Source: an uncultured bacterium (lineage in GTDB: Bacteria > Armatimonadota > SYMT01). From it: 32,135 nucleotides of DNA. Each line of letters begins with the position of its first letter. The first letter of the stretch is position 1. Below are positions 1 to 11,278 of this stretch, piece after piece. A model generated the notes under the pieces. The model ran no database searches and was not told the origin of the DNA. It saw only the letters and a program-made list of their open reading frames with translations. A program made the translations under genes and the position numbers. The stretch lies in the NCBI GenBank assembly GCA_964609085.1, contig CAZSRZ010000057.1, positions 1-32,135 on the forward strand, written 5' to 3'.

Positions 1-1106
<1,106 letters not shown>

Positions 1107-1238
1107 GGGGGGACCCGGTTAGCGGCCGGCGTGCACGGCCGGCGGCTCATCCCCTTCCGCCCCGGACCCCCCGGTTTCCTTCCACATCGCTCCCCACCTC
1201 GGCCCGAGCAGTCGGAGAATCCCGGCGTGTACGGCGAG

Positions 1239-1772
1239 TCAGCTCCGTGGTTTGACCGTCACGCGGTACCGTTCTCTCCAGATGGCGGGCTGCCCAATCA
1301 GGTTCTGGACGTTCTCTTCCATCACCACCCTGTTGCGCGGACGAGGCAGTACGCAATAGCCCCACGGCGTGCAGCGGACCCCACCGCCGTCCGGCCCTAC
1401 GGTCTGGTAGCTCATGTCGTTGAATCGCACGCGCAACTCGCCGTCCACTTCCGAAACTTCCTCAAACCCGACGCCGTTGGAGTTCGAGCTGCGGCCTTGA
1501 AACACGGCGACCACCAGCTCTTTGCTGAAATCCACCGTGGGAGCCGGCTTCGGTGCCCCAGCGGGAGCGTCCCGAGTTGCCTGGTGACGACTCCAAAGCT
1601 CCTTCCACGCGGCCGCATCCGTGACCACTCGGTACTCGGTGCGCTCGACAGCACTCCTGGGCCCGAACGCGGCGAGTCGAGGCGTCACGGTCCGCCGTTC
1701 GCCCGCATACACCCCGTGCATTGCCACCAGACATGCGAGCCCGGTCAACAACAGACCTGGTCCAGGTCGCAT
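1239..1772 (-). CDS. secreted hypothetical protein (signal peptide), sandwiched between two peptidase genes
   Basis: ORF 1239..1805. I prefer the internal ATG at 1772 because it has an excellent SD, AAAGGAGG, 6 nt upstream. The protein begins MRPGPGLLLTGLACLVAMHGVYA (signal peptide). There are no clear catalytic motifs. It could be a protease-associated accessory or inhibitor protein, but that is speculative. Confidence 0.6.
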   Translation of the reverse strand: MRPGPGLLLTGLACLVAMHGVYAGERRTVTPRLAAFGPRSAVERTEYRVVTDAAAWKELWSRHQATRDAPAGAPKPAPTVDFSKELVVAVFQGRSSNSNGVGFEEVSEVDGELRVRFNDMSYQTVGPDGGGVRCTPWGYCVLPRPRNRVVMEENVQNLIGQPAIWRERYRVTVKPRS

Positions 1773-1845
1773 CGCAGCCTCCTTTGCCCCCGGTCGCCCA
1801 CGCAACGTGAGCCACGGGATTTGGACAGGCCCGGGGCGGCCGAAG

Positions 1846-2964
1846 TTACATCCCCGTCCGCGGCTGTGCGGGCGGCTGCCGCGCCCGCCAGGCTTCCAGG
1901 TAGCGCTGCGCCTTCCCGTTCTCGGAGTTCCAGCGTGGCTCGCGGGGGCTGTTGGCCAGCGTCAGCAGACCCAGGGCCACCATCCTGTCCACGCGGGCCA
2001 TGTTTTCGTAGTCCACCTTGTCCCAGTGATCGCCCGGCCGGTGGTAATCCGGAAACATGAAGCTGGTGCAGAGAGTGTGGGCCGGCACGCCGAGTTCGGC
2101 CAGGGCCTGGTTGTCGCTGCGACCGAAGAAGCTGTCGCTGTTGCGCGGGTGACCACTGACCTCCACGCCGAGCTTTTTCCCGGCCGCGGCGAAGACGCCG
2201 CCGAGGTCGGAGTAGTCGAAGCCGGTCATGCTGGCAGCGTTGACTCGCGGGCCCTCGGTGTCGTCGGTGCGGCCCACCTGCTCCAGGTTGATCTGACCGA
2301 GGGTGCCGGACAGCGGGAATGTCGGGTGAGCACCGTAGTAACGCGAGCCGAGGAGCCCACGCTCCTCGCCGTAGAAGGCGATGAAGACCAGGCTTCGGCG
2401 TGGCCGCTCTTTGAGCGAGGCCAGCGCGGCGGCGATCTCGATCACGCTCACCGTGCCACTGCCGTCATCGTTGGCGCCGTTGAAAATGACGTCCGCCCGC
2501 AGGTTTTCCGGGTCGACCGGCCGCGATCCGAGGTGGTCGTAGTGGGCCGTGAGGAGGTAGCCGGTGTCGCGCAGGGCCGGATCGCTGCCCCGCAGCACGC
2601 CGATCACGTTGTGCACCGACGCCGGCGTGGTCGTTCCGCGCGGGGTGACGAGGTTGGTCTGAAAGTAGTCCCGCTCACCACCCGGCTCCAGCCTGGCCCG
2701 GCGGAACTGAGCCGCAATGTACTCGGCGGCGATGTCCAGGCCCCGGGAAGGGGTGCCCCGTCCTTCGAGCGCGTCAGAAGCAAGAAACGAGAGGTGCCCG
2801 CGCATGGAGTCGGCGCTGATCTTCTCAAGCGCTTCCCGGTGCGCTCGTTTGAGTTCCACTCTGAACTCGGGAGGCCGCGCGCCGGCCTGGATCGGGCCGG
2901 CCGTGGACCGAAGTGCACCGGCCAAGCCGAGAATCGGGAGCAGCACCCAGATGCGGCGCGTCAT
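1846..2964 (-). CDS. M28-family aminopeptidase (secreted)
   Basis: Starts MTRRIWVLLPILGLAGALRS (signal peptide). M28 signatures are present: HYDHLG, NGANDDGSGTVSVIEIA and FIAFYGEERGLLGSRYY. The start is ATG with GAGGGAG about 12 nt upstream. That RBS overlaps the 3' end of the preceding PSCyt gene. Confidence 0.9.
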   Translation of the reverse strand: MTRRIWVLLPILGLAGALRSTAGPIQAGARPPEFRVELKRAHREALEKISADSMRGHLSFLASDALEGRGTPSRGLDIAAEYIAAQFRRARLEPGGERDYFQTNLVTPRGTTTPASVHNVIGVLRGSDPALRDTGYLLTAHYDHLGSRPVDPENLRADVIFNGANDDGSGTVSVIEIAAALASLKERPRRSLVFIAFYGEERGLLGSRYYGAHPTFPLSGTLGQINLEQVGRTDDTEGPRVNAASMTGFDYSDLGGVFAAAGKKLGVEVSGHPRNSDSFFGRSDNQALAELGVPAHTLCTSFMFPDYHRPGDHWDKVDYENMARVDRMVALGLLTLANSPREPRWNSENGKAQRYLEAWRARQPPAQPRTGM

Positions 2965-2979
2965 TTGCGGCAGTCTCCC

Positions 2980-5931
2980 TCAGTCGATGAACAGGAACTC
3001 GTTGGTGTTCAGAAGCACGTGGGCGAGCGCCGTCAGCGGTCGCACGGCCGGGTTCGGCGGTGGGGCCGGCGGGGCGAGCGCATAGCGGCGGTGCACATAG
3101 CCCCAGATCTGCTCCAGCTCAGCACCCTCCAGCGCGTGGTCGAACACCAGCAGCTCGAGGATATCGCCGCGCCAGAACTCCCCCTGAATGTTGCCCTGTT
3201 GGCCGATCACCCACGGGCCGGCGTGGTTCCTGTCCGGGAGCGGACCGGCTCGTTCCGCGATCAGGCGGCGATTCTGGTAGACCGCCGCGCCCGACCGCCC
3301 GTTTTGCGCCGACAGCACAAAGTGGCCCGCGGGCTCGCTAACGGCCCCGGCAGGCGAGAACGCGTCGGAGAAACGGACCGCGTTCGTGCCCGTGAGCCCG
3401 AGGAAAAGGGCGGAGCCGATGTTGTCTTCCCGGCGCCAGTTCGACAGGATCTCTCGGTGACCGGTCACGCCGGCCGCGGCCGCCTCGTCGTTCACGACAG
3501 CCACCACAGTGTGGTCCGGACCGGTTAGCAACTCCCCTGCCAGCCGCAGCCATCGACCCGCCCCGTCGAAGTGCACCGCCGGCTGTCCGCGGACCGAGGT
3601 CGGCCTCGCCGTGGGTCGGGCGGACGGAGAGGGCTGGTGGGCATCCGGGCCGAGCATGGCTCGCCAGCGGGCCACGCGACCTGCCTCGATCTCGAGCCCA
3701 CTATCCGCCCGCAGTCGCAGCCGGAGACCGGGGATCTCTTCCGGCTCCACGGCGCGAGCGGCGGCGGCGGCGGTTCCCTCCCGCGACCAGGTAGACAATG
3801 CCGCCAGCGCCCTGCTGCGTTCTGAGACGGATGGGTTGCGCCCCAAAGCAGCTCGCCACACGGCGTCCACACGCGCCGCGTCGGTCGACGCCGCCCCGGC
3901 CACCACGCGCACCGCCAGCGCCGCCGCCTGGGCGTTGGTGAAGGCGTTGTTCATCAGCGCCAGCGCCTGGGGCGCGACGACCGAGGTCTCCCGTTGTTCC
4001 AGCGGCTGCGTGGTGTCACCGAAGTCGAACACGGTCAGAAGCGGCGGTATCAGCGCGCGCTTAAGGAACATGTAGACGGTGCGGCGGCGCTGCTCCTCAA
4101 GGGAGCTCACCTGCCACTCGGCCCCCTTGCGGCTGAGCCCCTCCAACGCCTCCCTGCTCACGGACGGAACGAACCCAGGACCGCCCATCTTGGGATTGAG
4201 CTCGCCGCTCGCGAACAGCAAAGCGTCGCGAAGAGCGTCGGCGTCGAGCCGACGACGGTTGAAATGCCACCACTTCTCATTGGCAAAGTCGCGGCGAGAG
4301 TATTCGGCAACCAGCGGATGGACCGACGCCATCCGGTAGGTGCGGGACAGCATGATGCGCCGATGAAGCGGCTTCAGGCGCATGCCGTCGCGCAGGAAGG
4401 TGGTCGCCAACCAGTCCAGCAGTTCCGGGTGAGTGGGAGTCGCCCCTTTTCGTCCGAAGTTGTTTGGCGTCCGAACCAGCCCGTTCCCGAAGTGGTGCTG
4501 CCAGAGGCGGTTCACGAGCACGCGCGGGGGCAATGGGTTCTTCGGGTCGGTGATCCACCGTGCCAGCAGCAGACGCCGGTGCGTGGTCACGGCAGCCTCG
4601 GGGCCGGGGGGCGCGGGCCGCTGAACGGCGGGAAGCAGCGAGAGATACCCCGGGCCCACCACCGGTCCCGTGCGGCGGGGATCGCCGTTGACCAGCAGTC
4701 GCAACTCGGGCGCGGACGGTCCCTCGTCGGTGAAGCCGAAGACGGGGAACCCAAGGCGGCTCTCCGGCGGCCCGCCCATCAGCTTGCCGTCACCCGGCCG
4801 CAGGTAGCCCGGCCAGAAGGCGGCCGCGATGGCGTAGTAATCCTTCTGCGGGATCGGGTCGAACTTGTGATCGTGACAGCGTGCGCAGCGGACAGTCAGG
4901 CCCAGGAAGGCGGTCGCGGTCGCGTGCACGACGTCATCCAGCCGCTCGTACTGGTACTCCAGGGGGTCGTTGGGCTCATCGTCCCATGTGCCCATCCGGA
5001 GGAAGCCGGTGGCGACGACGCTCTCCTCCGAACGGTCCGGCAGTTCGTCGCCGGCAAGCTGTTCGGAGACGAAACGGTCGTAGGGTTTGTCCTCGTTAAG
5101 CGCGCGGATGACGTAATCGCGATACTTCCAGGCGAAAGGACGCGCGGCGTCCCGCTCGTAGCCGTTGGTGTCGGCGTAGCGAACCAGGTCCAGCCAGTAG
5201 CGGGCCCAGCGCTCACCATAACGCGGGGAGGCCAGCAGGCGATCCACCAACCGTTCGTAGGCATCCGGCCGCCGGTCGCTCAGGAACGCCTGCGTCTCTT
5301 CGAAGGTGGGGGGCAGACCGGTGAGATCGAAGGTGGCCCGCCGGATGAGAGCCTCGCGACTCGCATCCGGAGCGGGTCGCATCCCCGCGGCTTCCAGGCG
5401 AGCCAGGACGAAGGCATCGATGGGGTTGCGGACCCAGGCGGCGTCGCGCACACGCGGCGGGCGCGGATCGCGAAGCGGCTGCGTCGACCAGAGCGGACCA
5501 AGGGTGGAGGCGACCCGCCCCTCAGGCCACACCGCACCCGCCGTCAGCCACCCCCGCAGCCCCTCCAGTTGCCTGCGGTCGAGGGGCCCGTCCGGGGGCA
5601 TCTTCAGGCCGGCGACGCGACCGGTAACAACCCTGAGCAGCAGACTCTCCTCGGGCTGGGCGAGGTCGATCGAGGCCCCGCGCCCGCCACCCTTCAGCGC
5701 CGCGGTTCGCGAATCCAGCCGGAGTCCCCCGCCCTGCTGGTTGGGTCCGTGGCAATTGACGCAGCGACGGATGAGCAGCGGACGCACCTGCTGCTCGAAC
5801 TGCTGCTCCCGCGCGTCGGCCGGCGCAGCCGCCGCGGGGCGAGGCACCGCCGGGGGATCGGCGGGCGCCTGGACGGTCGCTACCAGCGCCACCAGGACCG
5901 CAGCGCAAAGAGGAAGTATCAGTCGACGCAT
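2980..5931 (-). CDS. PSCyt1 / DUF1549 (PSCyt2) / DUF1553 (PSD1) protein with C-terminal LamG-like (concanavalin-A-like) domain
   Basis: ORF 2980..6018, which the track starts at a TTG. I prefer ATG at 5931, giving MRRLILPLCAAVLVALVATVQA (signal peptide). CVNCHGPNQQGGGLRLDS is a PSCyt1 haem-c-like motif. WARYWLDLVRYADTNGYERD is DUF1549. CARCHDHKFDPIPQKDYY is DUF1553. The C-terminus (HFDGAGRWLRL...ELLVFDHALEGAELEQIW) is LamG-like. The family is typical of Planctomycetota, Verrucomicrobiota and Gemmatimonadota. Confidence 0.88.
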   Translation of the reverse strand: MRRLILPLCAAVLVALVATVQAPADPPAVPRPAAAAPADAREQQFEQQVRPLLIRRCVNCHGPNQQGGGLRLDSRTAALKGGGRGASIDLAQPEESLLLRVVTGRVAGLKMPPDGPLDRRQLEGLRGWLTAGAVWPEGRVASTLGPLWSTQPLRDPRPPRVRDAAWVRNPIDAFVLARLEAAGMRPAPDASREALIRRATFDLTGLPPTFEETQAFLSDRRPDAYERLVDRLLASPRYGERWARYWLDLVRYADTNGYERDAARPFAWKYRDYVIRALNEDKPYDRFVSEQLAGDELPDRSEESVVATGFLRMGTWDDEPNDPLEYQYERLDDVVHATATAFLGLTVRCARCHDHKFDPIPQKDYYAIAAAFWPGYLRPGDGKLMGGPPESRLGFPVFGFTDEGPSAPELRLLVNGDPRRTGPVVGPGYLSLLPAVQRPAPPGPEAAVTTHRRLLLARWITDPKNPLPPRVLVNRLWQHHFGNGLVRTPNNFGRKGATPTHPELLDWLATTFLRDGMRLKPLHRRIMLSRTYRMASVHPLVAEYSRRDFANEKWWHFNRRRLDADALRDALLFASGELNPKMGGPGFVPSVSREALEGLSRKGAEWQVSSLEEQRRRTVYMFLKRALIPPLLTVFDFGDTTQPLEQRETSVVAPQALALMNNAFTNAQAAALAVRVVAGAASTDAARVDAVWRAALGRNPSVSERSRALAALSTWSREGTAAAAARAVEPEEIPGLRLRLRADSGLEIEAGRVARWRAMLGPDAHQPSPSARPTARPTSVRGQPAVHFDGAGRWLRLAGELLTGPDHTVVAVVNDEAAAAGVTGHREILSNWRREDNIGSALFLGLTGTNAVRFSDAFSPAGAVSEPAGHFVLSAQNGRSGAAVYQNRRLIAERAGPLPDRNHAGPWVIGQQGNIQGEFWRGDILELLVFDHALEGAELEQIWGYVHRRYALAPPAPPPNPAVRPLTALAHVLLNTNEFLFID

Positions 5932-6112
5932 CAGTTGGATGGTTCTCTCCCAAGCCCAATCCGGACGTCGCCCAGAAGGACCCCTGGTTTGGTGCCGTGC
6001 AGCCCGGGTCGGTTTCAACTAACGCTGGGTCCGCGCCACGGTGCCGTCGCAGCATGACGCGCTGCCCCGCCTCCCGTGGCGCAGTATACTGGGCCGGCGG
6101 GAGGCATTCGAA

Positions 6113-6838
6113 ATGGGTCGGTTGAGCAACCAGATCGCGATGGTGACGGGAGCGGGGCGGGGAATCGGCCGGGCGATCGCCGAGGCGCTGGCCGCCGAGG
6201 GCGCGGACGTCGCGCTGCTGGCTCGATCCCCCGGAGAACTGGAGCAGTCCGCGGCCGCCTGCACCGTTCATGGCGTGCGGGCTCTGGCAATTCCCACGGA
6301 CCTCACGACCGAGCGGAACGCCGAGGCCGCAGTGGAGAGCTGTCGCCAGGGGCTGGGCGACCCGGACATCCTGGTGAACAATGCCGGCGTCTTCAGCCTG
6401 GAGCCGGCCTACGAGGGCGATCTGGGAGCCTGGAACCGCCTGCTGACGCTGAATCTGCACGCGGCGATGTGGCTGACTCGCCTGACGCTGCCGGCGATGC
6501 GGACACGGAGACGCGGGGCGGTGATCCAGATCGCCTCGCTGGCGGGGCTCTACACCTCTGCCGGGATGGCCGCCTACTGCGCGTCCAAGCATGGCCTCAT
6601 CGGATTCAGCGGCAGTGTGTTCGAAGACGTGCGCGACGACGGCATCAAGGTCTCCTCACTCTGCCCCGGCTGGACTGCCACCCAGATGATGCAGGGGAGC
6701 GGGGTTGACCCCAGCAGCGTGATCCAGCCCGAGGCGGTGGCGGCCGCCGTCATCTTCGTCGCCACCTTTCCGGCCAGCGGTTGCCCGGTGTTGATCGAGT
6801 TGCACCCGCAGGCTTCACCCCGTCGGCTGGAGGCTTGA
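6113..6838 (+). CDS. SDR-family NAD(P)-dependent oxidoreductase
   Basis: IAMVTGAGRGIGRAIA is the TGxxxGxG Rossmann motif, NNAG is present, and YCASK is the YxxxK catalytic motif. The start ATG at 6113 is preceded by GGGAGG at 6097-6102. The track ORF starts earlier, at 6041. Confidence 0.9.
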   Translation: MGRLSNQIAMVTGAGRGIGRAIAEALAAEGADVALLARSPGELEQSAAACTVHGVRALAIPTDLTTERNAEAAVESCRQGLGDPDILVNNAGVFSLEPAYEGDLGAWNRLLTLNLHAAMWLTRLTLPAMRTRRRGAVIQIASLAGLYTSAGMAAYCASKHGLIGFSGSVFEDVRDDGIKVSSLCPGWTATQMMQGSGVDPSSVIQPEAVAAAVIFVATFPASGCPVLIELHPQASPRRLEA

Positions 6839-6843
6839 GGGGG

Positions 6844-8259
6844 ATGGTCAGCCGTCGCTCACTCCTGGCAGCCGCCGTTCCGGCCTTCGCTTCGCCGGCG
6901 CGGACGGACGACAGAGCGGACATCCTCATCCGGGGCGGCCGGGTGATGGATCCCCGCAGCGGGCTGGACCGCATCGCCAATGTGGCCGTCCGCGGTGACC
7001 GGATCGCGTCGGTCGGCGATGCCGCCCCTGCTGCCCGGGAGACGATCGACGCTCGGGGGCTCGTGGTGGCGCCCGGATTCGTGGACATCCTCAGCACGAC
7101 TCACGCGGAGGGCGACGCCTTCAAGGTGGCGGATGGCGTCACCACCGTCCTCTCCACCCACGGCGGTCCGGTAGGGATTGGCCGCTGGTATCAGGACCAG
7201 ATCCAACGCCGGCCGCTGGTGCACTTCGGCACGGTGGTGGGCCACTTCGGGCTCCGGTCGGGGGTTGGGGCGAACGACGGCAAGGCGCCGGCCACGCCGG
7301 AGCAGGTGGCCCGCATGGCGGAACTGGCGGAGCAGGCCCACCGTGAAGGAGCCATTGGCGTCGGGTTCGGCATCGAGTACATCCCGGGGACGGGGGGCGA
7401 TGAAGTAACGGCTCTCGCCCGGGTGGCCGCACGGCATCGCACCTCCGTGCATGCCCACATCCGGCTGCCGCACGTGCTGGACCCCTTCCAGGGGATCAAC
7501 GAGCTGATCGCCGCCGCCGCCGTCACGGGAGCGCGCGTCCAGGTGCTGCACATCGGCAGCATGGCGATTCAGCGGGTCCCGGAGGCGCTGGCCTCGATCG
7601 ACGCGGCACGCAAGACCGGGATCGACATCGCCGCCGATGTGTATCCCTACGATGCCTGGATGACCCGCATCCAGAGCGCGATCTTCGACCCGGGGTGGCA
7701 GGAGAAGTACGCCCTTCAGTTCGGCGATCTCGTCTGGGTGGAGACAGGCGAACGCGTGACGGCGGAGAGCTTTCCCCGACTACGGGCGAAGGGAGGATTC
7801 GTCGCCTGTCACCAGATCCGCGAAGCGGACATCGAAGCCGCCCTGCGGCACCCCCACGTGAGCGTGGCCAGCGACGGCTTCATCGGCGAGGGGACCGTCA
7901 GCCACCCGCGGGGAGCGGGCACCTTCGCGCGCGTGCTCGGGGTCTACGTCCGGCAGCGAAAGGTGATCCCGCTGATGACAGCTCTGCGGAAGATGACCTG
8001 GCAGCCGCTGCAGCGCCTGGCACCCGGCGCCCCGGCGCTGGCGCGCAAAGGGCGTCTCGCTCCGGGCATGGACGCCGACATCACCGTCTTCGACCCAGAG
8101 ACGATCGAAGACCGGGCCACGTTTGCCGACCCCAAGCAGGTCAGCCGCGGGATTGCCTGCGTACTGGTAGCGGGCCGCGTCACCCTGCGGGACGGCCGCA
8201 TCTCACCTAACCTGGACGGCGCCGGCCGGCCGATCTGGGGCCGATCGCGTGCCGGGTGA
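6844..8259 (+). CDS. amidohydrolase-family protein (N-acyl-D-amino-acid deacylase-like), Tat/Sec-exported
   Basis: The protein has the metal-dependent amidohydrolase fold. Its N-terminal MVSRRSLLAAAVPAFASPA region is a twin-arginine-like signal. There is a GGAGG about 10 nt upstream of the ATG at 6844. It sits 6 nt after the SDR stop and is probably co-transcribed. Confidence 0.85.
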   Translation: MVSRRSLLAAAVPAFASPARTDDRADILIRGGRVMDPRSGLDRIANVAVRGDRIASVGDAAPAARETIDARGLVVAPGFVDILSTTHAEGDAFKVADGVTTVLSTHGGPVGIGRWYQDQIQRRPLVHFGTVVGHFGLRSGVGANDGKAPATPEQVARMAELAEQAHREGAIGVGFGIEYIPGTGGDEVTALARVAARHRTSVHAHIRLPHVLDPFQGINELIAAAAVTGARVQVLHIGSMAIQRVPEALASIDAARKTGIDIAADVYPYDAWMTRIQSAIFDPGWQEKYALQFGDLVWVETGERVTAESFPRLRAKGGFVACHQIREADIEAALRHPHVSVASDGFIGEGTVSHPRGAGTFARVLGVYVRQRKVIPLMTALRKMTWQPLQRLAPGAPALARKGRLAPGMDADITVFDPETIEDRATFADPKQVSRGIACVLVAGRVTLRDGRISPNLDGAGRPIWGRSRAG

Positions 8260-8284
8260 CATCCCCCCGGCAGGGGAAAGAGAG

Positions 8285-8356
8285 AGGCGGCGAGCGGAAT
8301 CGAACCGCTGATAAGAGTTTTGCAGACTCCCGCCTTAGCCACTTGGCTACGCCGCC
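8285..8356 (-). tRNA. tRNA-Cys (anticodon GCA)
   Basis: The reverse complement of 8286-8356 is GGCGGCGTAGCCAAGTGGCTAAGGCGGGAGTCTGCAAAACTCTTATCAGCGGTTCGATTCCGCTCGCCGCC. I folded it by hand. The acceptor stem is 7 bp. The D-loop contains GG. The anticodon stem is GGAGU/ACUCU with loop CUGCAAA (anticodon GCA). The variable loop is 4 nt. The T-stem is AGCGG/CCGCU with a canonical TTCGATT loop. The discriminator is U73 (8285), as expected for tRNA-Cys. CCA is not encoded. Confidence 0.92.
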
Positions 8357-8503
8357 GTGCGGGCTTGATGATAGCGCCCGTACACGCCCTCCGTCAACGC
8401 ACCCCCGGCCGCAGCGAGCCGCAACGCAACCGCAGGGCGTATGCCCGTTGGCCACGCGAGGACGGTGGAGCGGCCCCTTGGGCATCGCTCAGGATCGCCA
8501 CGG

Positions 8504-9262
8504 TCACACACCGAACCGGCACGTTTCCGCCCCCCGAGGCTCCGGGTCGGTGAAGCGGATCTCTCCGTGCCCGGCTGCGACCACCCTGCCGTCACCGAGT
8601 CGCAGGCGCAGCTCGCCGGTTTCAGTGACACCTTCGGCGACTGCCTGCAGGATCCCGATCTCACCTCCCCGACCGGGCGTCGCCCACTCGACCTCGCGGC
8701 CGGCCGTCGTGTCGAGTTCGTCCCAGGCGTGCCGGAGGGAGCGCAGCGAGTTGGCATGGAGGAGCGCCCACACCGCTGCAAGCTCGGCCAGAACGATCGG
8801 GAGCACCTCGTCCACGTCTGCGTCGGGAGCCCATTCCTCGAGTCGGCACGCCGCGACCCCGTCCGGCACCGGGTTAGTCACATTGAGGCCGATGCCGACC
8901 GCCGCCTTTTCGGGGACGCAGCTCTCCACCAGGATTCCCGCCAGCTTCCGGGGGTGCACCACCACGTCGTTCGGCCACTTCACTCCGGCGGGGGCACCGC
9001 AAGCCCGCGCGGCTCGGGCTACAGCGATGCCGGCAGCGAGCGCCGTCCACCCTGCTCTCTCCGGAGCAAACGGGAGGATCGCCGTCAGCATGAGGGCGCC
9101 GCGCGGGGAGTGCCAGATCCGTCCGCGCCGGCCGCGGCCCGCGATCTGGGATTCCGCCACCAGCACGTGGCCGACCTCCCCACACCCCTCCCGCAGCCGG
9201 TCCAGCGCCATGTCATTCGTCGAGGTGACCACGGGAAAGCGGTCGATCCGCCAGGTGATCAT
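8504..9262 (-). CDS. birA: biotin--[acetyl-CoA-carboxylase] ligase
   Basis: GRGRRGRIWHSPRG and KWPNDVVV are the BirA catalytic signatures. The start ATG at 9262 has GAGGGGAAG upstream. Confidence 0.9.
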   Translation of the reverse strand: MITWRIDRFPVVTSTNDMALDRLREGCGEVGHVLVAESQIAGRGRRGRIWHSPRGALMLTAILPFAPERAGWTALAAGIAVARAARACGAPAGVKWPNDVVVHPRKLAGILVESCVPEKAAVGIGLNVTNPVPDGVAACRLEEWAPDADVDEVLPIVLAELAAVWALLHANSLRSLRHAWDELDTTAGREVEWATPGRGGEIGILQAVAEGVTETGELRLRLGDGRVVAAGHGEIRFTDPEPRGAETCRFGV

Positions 9263-9379
9263 GCCGACTTCCCCTCACTCCGGCCGGCATCGCCCCGGGG
9301 CCGCACCCAGGCCGGGCATGGGTGGGCTCGCCGCGTTACCATAGGATGACCCTCCCCTCCCCCACATCCTTGAGACCCG

Positions 9380-10630
9380 ATGGCATCACTCTCCAAAACG
9401 TTCCCCGGCCTGATGCTGATTGCCGACGGGTTGGGCGACCGACCCGTCCCGGCGCTGGACGGCCAGACGCCGCTTGAAGCCGCCCGCACACCCAACCTCG
9501 ATCGCCTCGCCGCGGAAGGCGAGAGCGGCTTGCTCGATCCGGTCGGCGTGGGGGTTCGCGGCGGCAGCGACACGGGCCATCTCGCCCTCCTCGGCTACGA
9601 CCCCTATGAGTGTTATCCCGGTCGCGGCCCGTTTGAGGCCCTGGGGATCGGGATGGATGTACGGCGCGGCGACCTGGCTTTCCGGTGCAACTTCTCGACC
9701 GTGGACGAGAACCTGGTGGTCCGGGATAGACGGGCGGGGCGCATCACCTCCGGCACGACGGAGCTGGCAAGCGCCGTCAACGGGCTGGAGATCGAGGGCG
9801 TCACCTGCTTCTTCAAAGAGTCGATCGCCCACCGCGCCGCGCTGGTGATGCGCGGGCCGGGACTGGGGGCGCACGTCTCGGACGTGGATCCCCACGCGGA
9901 TGATGAGCCCCTCTGGACCGCCCACTCCACGCGCGAAGGCGATGAGGCGAGTGCCAGGACGGCGAGGGTACTCAACCTGTTCGTTCGCCGGAGCTACGAA
10001 GTGCTGGATCAGCACCCGGTGAATCAGGCACGGCGAGCGGCAGGACTGCCCGCGGCGAACATCGCGCTCCCCCGCGGCATCGGCGTCTCGCCGGACCTGC
10101 CCCCCTTCAACCAGCGCTACGGCGTCACCGGCGCATGCATCGTCGAGGTCGGCCTGGTCAAAGGACTGGGGCGCTACCTCGAAATGGATGTGATCGACGT
10201 GCCGGGGTCCACCGCCGGTCTGGACACGGACACCAGCGCGATCGGGCGCGCCGTCGTAGCGGCGCTGCGCGATCACACCTTCATTCTCTGCAACGTGAAG
10301 GGCCCAGATGTGGCGGGACACGACAGCAACGCGGCGGGGAAGGTCGCCATCCTCGAAAAGATCGACGCGATGGTCGGCGAAATCCTGGCCGCGCACGGCT
10401 CACACCTCATCATCATGGTGACGGGGGACCACAGCACTCCTGTCACCTTTGGTGACCACACCGGCGAGCCCTGCCCGATCCTGACCTGGGGCCCGCCGGT
10501 GCGTCGGGACCTGGTGCAGACCTTCGGGGAGACGGCCGCCACCCAGGGAGGGATGGGTCGCATCCGAGGCATGGATTTGATGAAGATCCTCACCAGCTAC
10601 ATGGGGGTGCAGGAGAAGTTCGGTGCCTGA
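9380..10630 (+). CDS. apgM: 2,3-bisphosphoglycerate-independent phosphoglycerate mutase, archaeal type (cofactor-independent)
   Basis: LMLIADGLGDRP... and TGDHSTP are the ApgM family hallmarks. The true start may be the ATG at 9413 (MLIADGLGD), which matches the usual family N-terminus. Neither candidate start has a strong SD. Confidence 0.88.
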   Translation: MASLSKTFPGLMLIADGLGDRPVPALDGQTPLEAARTPNLDRLAAEGESGLLDPVGVGVRGGSDTGHLALLGYDPYECYPGRGPFEALGIGMDVRRGDLAFRCNFSTVDENLVVRDRRAGRITSGTTELASAVNGLEIEGVTCFFKESIAHRAALVMRGPGLGAHVSDVDPHADDEPLWTAHSTREGDEASARTARVLNLFVRRSYEVLDQHPVNQARRAAGLPAANIALPRGIGVSPDLPPFNQRYGVTGACIVEVGLVKGLGRYLEMDVIDVPGSTAGLDTDTSAIGRAVVAALRDHTFILCNVKGPDVAGHDSNAAGKVAILEKIDAMVGEILAAHGSHLIIMVTGDHSTPVTFGDHTGEPCPILTWGPPVRRDLVQTFGETAATQGGMGRIRGMDLMKILTSYMGVQEKFGA

Positions 10631-10651
10631 GCCGCGGCCGGGAGGTGTCTC

Positions 10652-11278
10652 TTGAGGCGAGATGGCTTTCACTACACCGATGCCGTGCGTGAGGTCGCGG
10701 CCGATATCGTGGCCACCCTGCCGGAGCTGCGACACGTGCGCCTGGCCGAAGTCGCCTTCGCGTTCTCCCCTGCCCGGCAGCGCTCCACTCACGGGACCTA
10801 TGCGGAGTGCGTCCCGCTGCGCTTCCAGGACGGGAACGCCATGACAACCTGGGGCGGTGCCACGTGGGCCATGCCCACCCTCGAGATCGACGGCCGGCAG
10901 ATGCTCTACGTCCTCTACTTCCGGTTGCCGCGGTTCCACGAAGAGGGCGACTACAACGAGCGACTGGCGATCATCATCCACGAGCTCTACCATATCCACC
11001 CCTTGTTCAACGGGGCGCTCCGCACCTTCCGGGGCCGGAACGACTACCACGGAGGGAGCGTCGAGGGGTACCACAACTACATGCGCGACCTTGCCACACA
11101 CTACCGCGCCACCTCGCCGCAGGCCGACAGGCACGACTTTCTGCGCACCCCCCTTCAGGAACTCGAGCGGCGTCACGGTGCCATCCTGGGGACCCGAATC
11201 TCTCGCCCGGGTCCCGTTCGTCTCGCCGCAAACACGCCCGCTCCCGGATCAGGAGTAGCCGGTGCTCCTCGCAGTTGA
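10652..11278 (+). CDS. hypothetical protein with HExxH zinc-metallopeptidase-like motif
   Basis: It contains IIIHELYHIHP (HExxH). Its amino-acid composition is balanced and plausible, whereas the overlapping minus ORF 10400..11176 is a low-complexity shadow. The 3' end overlaps the coaX start by 17 nt. Confidence 0.55.
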   Translation: MRRDGFHYTDAVREVAADIVATLPELRHVRLAEVAFAFSPARQRSTHGTYAECVPLRFQDGNAMTTWGGATWAMPTLEIDGRQMLYVLYFRLPRFHEEGDYNERLAIIIHELYHIHPLFNGALRTFRGRNDYHGGSVEGYHNYMRDLATHYRATSPQADRHDFLRTPLQELERRHGAILGTRISRPGPVRLAANTPAPGSGVAGAPRS

